Shown here in pieces: positions 47,099-54,284 of a stretch of 63,089 bases of DNA. The stretch is taken from IMG/VR virus record IMGVR_UViG_3300044729_002069, positions 1-63,089 of that record; one strand, written 5' to 3'. Both the position numbers and the translations under genes were made by a program. The notes under the pieces were generated by a model. That model did not search any database. It saw only the letters and a list, made by a program, of their open reading frames with translations, and had not been told where the DNA came from. Position 1 is the stretch's first letter. Every line of letters begins with the position of its first letter. This DNA comes from a virus (Duplodnaviria > Caudoviricetes).

Positions 47099-48430
47099 TT
47101 ACTTGCGCTTCTGTACTGGCATCAACAAAGCTCTTTCCTTTCCTTCTGAAAAGGTGATAGGAGCAATGCTATAGGTCCATCCCAGTTCAATCCTTTCCCC
47201 TGAAAAGCTTTTAAGAAGCTTCTCCAAAAAGAAAGCGTTAACCACAAAAGCGCTTTCTTTTTCGCAGGCTTCCTTTGCCGCTTCCTGGTCCTTTTCTTTC
47301 AGCTCCCAGAAGCCGTCGGAAAGCTCGGGCTTTTGCGGGAAAGCCCGAAAGGAAGCCCTTACGCTTGCTTCCTGGCTTCCTATGGGGGCAAGGTCTGGAC
47401 TGTACTTGCTTCCCTTGCCAGTATCTGCCATCAACTCAGCAGAAAGGAAGATTTCCCCTATGGCGCCGTCTGTTGTGATCTGGACGTGGGGATTTCCAGC
47501 GCTTCCTTTCAGGGCAGAAAGCAAAGGGGAAAGAGCAGACAGAAGGGCTTTCCTGTCAACTGACAGTTTGTGCTTTTGTTCAGGGAAGAGCTGTTGATAG
47601 TTGGGGAAGCTTCCGCAAAGGGGAAAGCGCAACGCTACGAAAGAAGAAAGCCCGAAAGAGAAGCGCAAGAAGCCCGCTTCCCGCTTTTCTTGCCAGAAGC
47701 CCAAAAGCTTTTCCCGCTCTTTCTTGACTGTGCAAGCTTCCAGCAAGGGAAGAACAAAAGCGGGAAGCCAGGCAGAAGCCGGGAAGCTTTCGGCTTTCCA
47801 ATAGGAGGGAAGGTCTGCGGGAGCTTCCCTCAGACAGAAACCATCAGTAGCGCAAAAGCTCTTCTCAGAAAAGCCAATCCCACTAAGAGCAAGCTTTGCT
47901 TCGTCTCTTGAGGGAAGCCCTTTCAGGCTGAAAAGCGGAGCAAGCGGGAAGCCTTCCAAAAGCCCTTCCGCTTTCAGGAAAGGAAGCAAGGGAAGCTCTT
48001 TCTCATACAGTTCGTCCTGTTCTGAAAGCTCAAAAGCTTCAGCAGAAAGCGCAATCTTCCCGCCCTTGTCATCACAAAAGCTTTCACCGTTGAAAGATAC
48101 TGTCCCTTTTCCTTTTGTGGCTTTCAGGAAAGAAAGCAAGGGGAAGAAGGGAAAAGAAAGCCGTTTGGCTTCTCCATGGAAAGGAGATAGTTCAGTAGGA
48201 AGCCAGGCAGCGAAAGCGCTTTTGCCTGCAAAAGCTTCCACCAAAAGCCCGGCGCCATCAGCAGAAAGGAAAAGCCGGTCGCCAGTGATCCCGTAAGTTT
48301 GAGCTTTTCTGAAAGCTTCTGCCGCTTTTGCCACGGCCAGAAGCTCAAAAGAAGAGGCAACAAAAGAAAGCATGGGAGCAGAAGCGGGGGAAGCGGGAAG
48401 TGTGGAAAGGGAAAGAGAAGGGGAAGCCAT
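47099..48430 (-). CDS. Divergent DNA polymerase III beta sliding clamp-like protein
   Basis: S.DE.K..LSGI......ATDG..L, G.FPNYQQLFP, V.RK.LL.AL, N..FL...L, ALLMPV all match DnaN motifs. Confidence 0.75.
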   Translation of the reverse strand: MASPSLSLSTLPASPASAPMLSFVASSFELLAVAKAAEAFRKAQTYGITGDRLFLSADGAGLLVEAFAGKSAFAAWLPTELSPFHGEAKRLSFPFFPLLSFLKATKGKGTVSFNGESFCDDKGGKIALSAEAFELSEQDELYEKELPLLPFLKAEGLLEGFPLAPLFSLKGLPSRDEAKLALSGIGFSEKSFCATDGFCLREAPADLPSYWKAESFPASAWLPAFVLPLLEACTVKKEREKLLGFWQEKREAGFLRFSFGLSSFVALRFPLCGSFPNYQQLFPEQKHKLSVDRKALLSALSPLLSALKGSAGNPHVQITTDGAIGEIFLSAELMADTGKGSKYSPDLAPIGSQEASVRASFRAFPQKPELSDGFWELKEKDQEAAKEACEKESAFVVNAFFLEKLLKSFSGERIELGWTYSIAPITFSEGKERALLMPVQKRK

Positions 48431-48468
48431 GGGAAAAAGGGAAAGAGGGAAGGAAGGGGAGAGAAGCC

Positions 48469-48660
48469 TTAAAAGGGGTTACTCCAGTTAAATGCTTGCG
48501 TATCGGTTACTAGGCCCGATTTATTTAAGGCATCCACGTAGTTGTTAAAAGCCTCCCTTTTGGCAGTGACATCCCCTCTCCACTGAGGGGCATTCTCTAA
48601 GTGTTCCCTCCATGCTTGGCGGAAGTTTGCTAACACTTGGGCTTTAGTTAGTTTTTTCAT
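48469..48660 (-). CDS. Hypothetical early protein
   Basis: TKAQ....FR..W......D..AKREAFNNY.D.L.K.G..T..Q...W.NPF. Confidence 0.7.
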   Translation of the reverse strand: MKKLTKAQVLANFRQAWREHLENAPQWRGDVTAKREAFNNYVDALNKSGLVTDTQAFNWSNPF

Positions 48661-48693
48661 GATGGGAGGCCAAACAGGATAAATAACAGCGAT

Positions 48694-49062
48694 CTAGCAA
48701 CAGGCAAGCGCCACACTTGAATAACACTGGTCAATAGGGAACCCGCGACCGGCCAAGTCCGATTCGCGGTAAAAATACAACGCGCAACCCCTAGGGTCGG
48801 CTTGGTGATAGATTAGCCCGCCGCACTTAGCGGCTAAATCTGCCGCTTCTTTAAGTAGCTTTGCCTCCTGATTGGAGATAATGCCACCTTTAAGAGTGCA
48901 GTTGCCGTAACGGTCAAGATAGTAACGGCGAGGGATTGTGCATTCTGCATCGTCCCATTGGATAGCGCCGTTGCATTCAGCCTCTGCCCACTTATGCAGA
49001 CGGCGTTGGATGGCGCACAAGCGGCTGAAAACGGAAGCCGGTAAATCTTTTTTTGTTGTCAT
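48694..49062 (-). CDS. Hypothetical early protein
   Basis: LH.WAE.ECNG...YHQ.DPRGCALY. Confidence 0.75.
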   Translation of the reverse strand: MTTKKDLPASVFSRLCAIQRRLHKWAEAECNGAIQWDDAECTIPRRYYLDRYGNCTLKGGIISNQEAKLLKEAADLAAKCGGLIYHQADPRGCALYFYRESDLAGRGFPIDQCYSSVALACC

Positions 49063-49107
49063 GGAAAAGGAAGAGAAGGGAAAGCCTCACGGTCGCCCGT
49101 GAGGGAA

Positions 49108-49159
49108 GCCGTCGCCCGGGATCGAACCGGAACAAAGCGCCACCAAGCGCAACGACAGG
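49108..49159 (-). ncRNA. Mini tRNA-like element lacking an anticodon arm, in a 5' leader
   Basis: CTGTCG/CGACGG stem; GCGC-TTGGTG-GCGC D-like hairpin; CCGG-TTCGATC-CCGG T-arm. Confidence 0.5.
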
Positions 49160-49313
49160 AAAAAGGGAAAGGCTTTCGCCTTTCCCCCTGGAAGTCGGTT
49201 TATCAAGTTTTCTAGGTTCGCTTGCAAGCGTACCACCGATAAAGGCCATCGCCAGCCCATCGGCTCCACTGATCAGCAGCTCCGATGGGAACGGCCAAAA
49301 TCGCCGCATTCCC

Positions 49314-49825
49314 ATAGGCTGAGCTTGTGCATTAGCTGAGCTTCTGTGATCTGCGCGTTCTGGGATTTTATGATCAGCCTGGCTTATGGGAGCCTGGCAA
49401 GCGTTGGCCACCTAGCATGGCCTGGCGACGTTTCGACGTTCCGTTACATTCCGTCACAATGCGCAGCCCATAACGGCAGCATCATATGGGCATGGCTGAC
49501 GCAAGCGTTCGTTACGTTCCGTCACATAACAGCAGCATGTTATGGGCATTGCCAGGTCAAGCCTGCTGTAACATTCCGTAACATTCCGCCCGATAGTACG
49601 CCTGTACTGCAGTACACCTGTACCATCAGCCAGGCTTATGGCAAGCATAAGCTTCCCTTATGGTACGCCTGTACTATAGGCTCGGCTTATGTTACAGATA
49701 GGCTCAGCTTATGGTACGTCTGTACGCTAGTACGCTTGTTCCATGGTACGCCTGTACCATTAGCGCAGCTCATGGGAGGCATAAGCCAGGCTTATGGTAC
49801 GCCTGTACTAGAGTACGTCTGTACT
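49314..49825. promoter_or_regulatory. Tiled array of cyanobacterial LexA boxes, LysR-type boxes and RpaB HLR1 repeats
   Basis: RGTAC-N3-DGTWCB x8; ATNAG/ATAGG-N5-CTTAT-like x9; GTTACATT-CC-GTCACAAT-like x3. Confidence 0.75.
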
Positions 49826-49879
49826 ATTATGCGGCTTAAAGCATATGCCGATAAAGAAATATGCCGGTAGGAGCATAAA

Positions 49880-50105
49880 AAGCTGGTTCTAGCCTGTCCT
49901 CAAGAAGCTGGTTCTGGCCGGTTCTGAAAAAGCTGGTTCTGGCCTGTCCTCGACAAGCTGCTTCTGGCCGGTTCTAAAAACGATCTTGCCCTGCCCTGTC
50001 CTCAGCCAGTTCTCGTTTCAGCCTGTCATCAAGAAGCCGCCTCTGGCCGGTTCTGAAACGATCCTGTCCTGTCCTGTCCTTAACAAGCTGGTGCTGGCTA
50101 GTCCT
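49880..50105. repeat. 25-bp tandem repeat (4 clear copies plus degenerate ones)
   Basis: AAGCTGGTTCT(A/G)GCC(TGTCCT/GGTTCT) starting at 49880, 49905, 49930, 49955. Confidence 0.85.
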
Positions 50106-50680
50106 CAGCTTCCCCATTGTTCTGCCATTGCTTGAGCAATGCCAAGGTAAGTTGCGCTTCTTATCTTCCACCTATCCTCACTTGGCCCCAGTTTATTTTG
50201 CCCGCTTGGTGTTTGATTGTTCCATCTTCCCGATGGTGACAATTCAAGAATGTCAGTAGGTTGAAGAAGAGGGAGATTCTTTAACCACAGACAAGTTGCT
50301 TTTGCTTCAGCGTGACCAAACTGCCAAGGTTGCACAATTTGATCTGGCTTTCTGATGCGAGAGGAAATAATGCTCACTGGATTTTCTAGGGCAATGCGTT
50401 CAATGGGAGCATTAAGCAGTAGCCGCACAAATTCAAGAGCTTCTGCCTGCTCTTTTTGCTTGTCCTTAAACCATCGTGCTCCACTAACGGCCAAGTGCGT
50501 ACATGGAGGATGAGCAATCATTAAATCCCACCCATCGCTCAAGATGTCGCACACATCTCCTTGATAGTGCGGCCCAGGCTTGTCAGTAGGCAACAAATCA
50601 CAGCTCATTGCTTCGTGACCAGCCGCAATAAAAGCATCACGAACAGTGCCAGAATACTCGCAAGCAACCAATACTTTCAT
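50105..50680 (-). CDS. Short phage C5 cytosine DNA methyltransferase-like protein
   Basis: Start MKVLVACEYSG at 50680; SCDL, DL.IAHPPC, ENPV, QPWQFG, RS.T..GIA.AMA.QW. Confidence 0.8.
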   Translation of the reverse strand: MKVLVACEYSGTVRDAFIAAGHEAMSCDLLPTDKPGPHYQGDVCDILSDGWDLMIAHPPCTHLAVSGARWFKDKQKEQAEALEFVRLLLNAPIERIALENPVSIISSRIRKPDQIVQPWQFGHAEAKATCLWLKNLPLLQPTDILELSPSGRWNNQTPSGQNKLGPSEDRWKIRSATYLGIAQAMAEQWGS

Positions 50681-50819
50681 GGGAAGGGAAGATAGTTGTT
50701 CAACAAGAAAAGGTATTTGCAAAGAGCAATAGGCATCAAACAAGCCATTTCTTTGCTCAGTGGAACTGGCGTAATCTTCTGTGCCATCAGGCAAATGAAA
50801 AGTGCCAAAGCATTGTCAC

Positions 50820-51026
50820 TTAGCTTTTTTGGATTGCGTAGGCATCTTTGACAAAGGTTTTGATAGTGGTGAGGCTGGAGTCAATAATAGTGCCGCCACC
50901 GCCAAGAGCATCAGTTGTCCACCCATAGCGCAAGTGACAGCACCATTCTTTGCTGAATGGTTCACGTTCTAACGACTTCACTCCAGGGAAGGAAAGAATG
51001 GCCTGAGCGAGCTTAGGGAGAGGCAT
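50820..51026 (-). CDS. Hypothetical protein
   Basis: Start MPLPK at 51026. Confidence 0.55.
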   Translation of the reverse strand: MPLPKLAQAILSFPGVKSLEREPFSKEWCCHLRYGWTTDALGGGGTIIDSSLTTIKTFVKDAYAIQKS

Positions 51027-51076
51027 GGCTGTGGAGAGCGAGTTGCAAGCAAGAATAGCAGAAGATTGGTTAGTCC

Positions 51077-51331
51077 TCAAAAGCAGTCGAAGGTGTCCTC
51101 CACTGTCCACTCAGGCCCATAGTCTTCCAGCCATTGCTTCTGCTCTGTTTCCGTCTCTGGCCAGTCCTCAGGCTCTGTGAGCACCACGGCAGTACATAGT
51201 GCTGGAGCCCATTCCTCAGGTTCCCAGCGGCTTGCGGGGCACACACAGCGCATGTCATCAACAATGGCCTCCACGCGCACGGTGCCCCTGTCTGGGTTGC
51301 CTTGCCAACTTTCAATGGAGAGAATCGCCAT
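51077..51331 (-). CDS. Cyanophage-type acidic hypothetical protein
   Basis: ILSIES...V.A.VDD......S..EP.EW.PALC. Confidence 0.65.
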   Translation of the reverse strand: MAILSIESWQGNPDRGTVRVEAIVDDMRCVCPASRWEPEEWAPALCTAVVLTEPEDWPETETEQKQWLEDYGPEWTVEDTFDCF

Positions 51332-51333
51332 CA

Positions 51334-51639
51334 TCAAGCCCTCTTGAACTTGGAAAGGCACAGTTGCCACAATTCTTCGCTCATGCTGCCAGGGCGATAG
51401 AGCCTGTAAGCCCGTGGCGCATAAAACCAGCCGCCTTCGCCATCAGGCTCTGGCTCTCCTTCATCCTGCCAAATGCCTTTACATTCTCCATTGTCGTCAA
51501 ACAAGCCGATTTGATACTCACCATCGGCCATACATTGACGAATGTGGCGAATTGCATCAGTGAGAGAATTGGCTTGATACACGCCTTGCGTGGGTGGGAA
51601 GTAGGGACCGTTGCTGTCGTAGCTGCGGATGATTGCCAT
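51334..51639 (-). CDS. Hypothetical protein
   Basis: Start MAIIRSY at 51639 after a pyrimidine-rich leader. Confidence 0.65.
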   Translation of the reverse strand: MAIIRSYDSNGPYFPPTQGVYQANSLTDAIRHIRQCMADGEYQIGLFDDNGECKGIWQDEGEPEPDGEGGWFYAPRAYRLYRPGSMSEELWQLCLSKFKRA

Positions 51640-51687
51640 GGGGAGGAAAAGAGGGGCAGAAGAGAGGCCCTGGCGGACCATGGAGAA

Positions 51688-51903
51688 TCAGGTTTTAGAC
51701 CAGCGGATCAGTCGGTCCACAATGTCATCACTGGTTTCATTAAACAGGGAAGTGGCAATGCCATTGTGCTGGAGGTGCAGCCTGCCGTTCTCGTCTTTCC
51801 AAAGATCAGTGCAGAAAGGCAATGCAAGCGACTGGCCAGGAGTGGCACGAACAAAGAACCGAGCAATGGTAGAACGCAGGGCTTCAGCTTGAGAAGTGGT
51901 CAT
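51688..51903 (-). CDS. Hypothetical protein
   Basis: Start MTTSQ at 51903. Confidence 0.55.
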   Translation of the reverse strand: MTTSQAEALRSTIARFFVRATPGQSLALPFCTDLWKDENGRLHLQHNGIATSLFNETSDDIVDRLIRWSKT

Positions 51904-51987
51904 GGCTAGTAGCGAAGGAGAGGCTCTCGCCCCGTTGAACCAACAATACAGTACTTCCTCCCCACCATCGCCTCTTGTCACAAGCGT

Positions 51988-52200
51988 TCACAAAACAGGC
52001 TTCCACGGGGGAGGCTCCAGCCCATCCACCACGGCAATGCGCCTGCGGTTGACGGCTCCAATGCGCAAAAGCGACCGCGCCTGGCGTTCTAGCGCTTGCC
52101 TGTCCGGTCCTGAGTCAAGCAGCTCCCAGTGAGCAGCGGGATCAGGCAAGAGCCTGCTCAGCCACAAGCTATGACCCAACGGGCGCTCAACGATGGCCAC
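51988..52200 (-). CDS. Hypothetical protein
   Basis: Co-oriented and overlapping the upstream gene. Confidence 0.5.
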   Translation of the reverse strand: MAIVERPLGHSLWLSRLLPDPAAHWELLDSGPDRQALERQARSLLRIGAVNRRRIAVVDGLEPPPWKPVL

Positions 52201-52387
52201 GGGCCTGCTCCTGGGCGACGGTGGCTGGAAGGTGCGTTAAACGGCAGTATTTTTGCGGATGGAGCTTTATGCAGGCTGCGTAGTCTGTTCGCCTATCTTC
52301 TGCAACAGGCGAATAGACGACAATAGCAATGGCTGCCAGCCAAGGAGCGATGGCAGCAGCAATAGTGAGAAAGCGAAGGGGGTGCAT
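52187..52387 (-). CDS. Small membrane-anchored protein
   Basis: N-terminal hydrophobic helix; Y.AC...HP.KYC.L.H. Confidence 0.6.
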   Translation of the reverse strand: MHPLRFLTIAAAIAPWLAAIAIVVYSPVAEDRRTDYAACIKLHPQKYCRLTHLPATVAQEQARGHR

Positions 52388-52417
52388 GGACTTGAGGGCG
52401 AAGGTGAGTGAACAAAA

Positions 52418-53011
52418 TCAGACCAAGGATTCGCGCAACGCTTTCACCCAGGCCGTTTGCTCAGCAGCCCGTTTCACTTCCTTTGCATAGTGCTCTCTGT
52501 GGTAAGAAAGAGCACCCTCGCAACCTTTGATTTTCCGCTGTAGCCATTCTTCTCCAGACAATCGCTCACAAGGCTTGCTGCAATGCTCTGTTGAGCAGTC
52601 AAAACGGATGCTTTCTGTGATTTGCTCACGCATAAACTTCTTAAGCTCATGGTGATCGTCTGTGGGCGGATTCCATCGCTCCACTTGGTTAAGCATGTCT
52701 TCATAAGAAGCCCGCAATGCAAGTGCCCTTTGCAGACGCTCCAATCGGCTTACTTCAGCCTGTTCCCATTCTTGATTGGCTGCACGGGTGCAGTCTGCTG
52801 CAGACATCTTGGAAAGGCGTTCCAGTTCAGTCCTGGTGCGGTCAATGGCCTTAAGGTGATAGTCGCTGGGCTCAAAGGCATCAGGAATTTGCTCACCACC
52901 GCCGGGCTCATCCCTCAAGGTGATGCAGGCGCCAAAAGCGCGAGCGCAATCAAGGGCGAACTGCTGAAAGGTGATTCTTTTTGCAATAGGGGCAGTGTAT
53001 CCAGAAGGCAT
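52418..53011 (-). CDS. Conserved phage hypothetical coiled-coil protein
   Basis: MP.GYTA.I...ITF.QFAL.CARAFGA.I..RD...W.PPT..H..LK.FM..QI..SI..D. Confidence 0.8.
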   Translation of the reverse strand: MPSGYTAPIAKRITFQQFALDCARAFGACITLRDEPGGGEQIPDAFEPSDYHLKAIDRTRTELERLSKMSAADCTRAANQEWEQAEVSRLERLQRALALRASYEDMLNQVERWNPPTDDHHELKKFMREQITESIRFDCSTEHCSKPCERLSGEEWLQRKIKGCEGALSYHREHYAKEVKRAAEQTAWVKALRESLV

Positions 53012-53037
53012 GGCGTGATAGAGGGATCAACAGGGCC

Positions 53038-53089
53038 ACAATAGCCTTACGAGCCTGGCCTGTCCAGCTCTGTGACAATGCTTCACAAG
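53038..53089 (-). promoter_or_regulatory. Promoter with an upstream HLR1-like repeat
   Basis: TGGACA-N17-TATTGT; GTGACAAT-GC-TTCACAAG at 53072-53089 on the + strand. Confidence 0.55.
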
Positions 53090-53120
53090 CCTGTGTCCTG
53101 CGCTACAGTTGCGCCAAGGC

Positions 53121-53147
53121 AAGAAAAAGCGCCCCTTGCGGAGCGCC
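53121..53147 (-). terminator. Intrinsic terminator
   Basis: GCGCTCC-GCAA-GGGGCGC followed by TTTTTCTT. Confidence 0.7.
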
Positions 53148-53229
53148 TTGAACTGTTCTCTCCCCTATCTTGCCTGCCCCATTGCCCCTTGTGAAGCCTT
53201 TGTCAGCAAAGGCGGATAGGCACTTACGC

Positions 53230-53439
53230 CTAGGGCTTCAGGCTTGCAACGGAGAATTGCGGCAGCCTGCCCATACGCAAGCGACTAGGACTGACAAATT
53301 GCTGCGAGCCAGTCTTGAGGTTTTTGATCTTGACCAGTTCTGTTTGCACCTTACTGGCCACTACGACGTAGCTTCCTCGCCAGCCAAACAGGGCATCGTT
53401 CAAATCAACAACTGCTCCTGGCGCCCATTGCTGCAGCAT
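53230..53439 (-). CDS. Small SH3-like hypothetical protein
   Basis: 69 aa beta-rich W.PG..V...W.G.Y.V.......VKI. Confidence 0.5.
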   Translation of the reverse strand: MLQQWAPGAVVDLNDALFGWRGSYVVVASKVQTELVKIKNLKTGSQQFVSPSRLRMGRLPQFSVASLKP

Positions 53440-53538
53440 TTTCTGACGATTATGGTTCAGCTTTAATTATAGCTGGCTCCTAAGCGCAATAAAAAAGGCG
53501 CCAATGGCGCCCTCTTGTGTTCCTCACACCATCAGACT

Positions 53539-53895
53539 CTACACCAGCCGGTAGCACACCCTAGCAATGCCTTGAGACGGGCTTGCAATGCGACTGAATG
53601 CACCAGCACTCAGGTCGAGAATGCGCCCACCGGCATAAGGCCCGCGATCAGTCACAACCACTTGTATGCTCCGGCTATTGTCTTGATTGACAACCAGCAA
53701 GCGGGTGCCAAAAGGCAGCGAGCGATGGGCAGTGATCGAAGCGGAAGGATTCATTGGCTGGCCATTCGCCATTGTTCGGCCTGCAAAACCATCCCCGCGC
53801 CCATAGAAGCTGGCATCACCACAACGAGCAGCGTGAGCAGGAGCAGGAGCTGCGGCAAGGGCAGCAATGGTCAAAAAAGAAAGGAAACGAAGCAT
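53539..53895 (-). CDS. RlpA-like double-psi beta-barrel (lytic transglycosylase family) with signal peptide
   Basis: ASFYG...G..MANG.......TAHRSLPFGT.L.V......V.V.DRGP...RILDLS..AF. Confidence 0.9.
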   Translation of the reverse strand: MLRFLSFLTIAALAAAPAPAHAARCGDASFYGRGDGFAGRTMANGQPMNPSASITAHRSLPFGTRLLVVNQDNSRSIQVVVTDRGPYAGGRILDLSAGAFSRIASPSQGIARVCYRLV

Positions 53896-54004
53896 CAGAA
53901 AGAAAGTAAGTAGCTAGAGGGGCCAGTCGCCTGGCAGGCTCAGGATTGAGCAATGCCCACCGTAGCAGAACGAACAATGCCCTTGCGTCGTGGTATGCTT
54001 TGTA

Positions 54005-54197
54005 GGCAATTCGCCCCTGAGGCTTAATCGCCTCCATCGCTGATGCCGTGAGGGTGGGAGAGTCCGGTTGGTTTTGCACTATCGAAAGAAGTGCAGCCGA
54101 GCGCATGGGTCGGTGAGGGCGACCAACCAGCTTCGGGAATGAAGCAGGGCTTATCGGAGGATTGCAAGAGGAGAGCCCCGTAAGGGGCTTTCTTTTT
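54005..54197 (+). ncRNA. Putative ~190 nt structured sRNA with its own promoter and terminator
   Basis: Extended -10 TGGTATGCT (53991-53999); nested stems; terminator AGCCCC-GTAA-GGGGCT-TTCTTTTT. Confidence 0.55.
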
Positions 54198-54284
54198 GTC
54201 TATGCTTGTAGCGGGATGTAGGGCGAGTGTTTCTTCGCGCTTGTGAGCAATCAGCTCTCTGCCCGCTAGGCGATTCTCGTCATT

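Noticed and set aside
49346-49870. 174-aa plus-strand ORF
   Set aside because: It translates the DNA motif array (repeated YACTI/QAYG) and runs antisense to its neighbours; likely an incidental open frame.
49595-50105. Possible CRISPR or mini-array
   Set aside because: Repeats are 14-25 bp and abut each other, with no unique 30-40-bp spacers and no cas genes; better explained as binding-site arrays.
54015-54100. Hammerhead ribozyme
   Set aside because: CTGATG and GAAA are present, but the CUGANGA core is incomplete and the stems do not fit.
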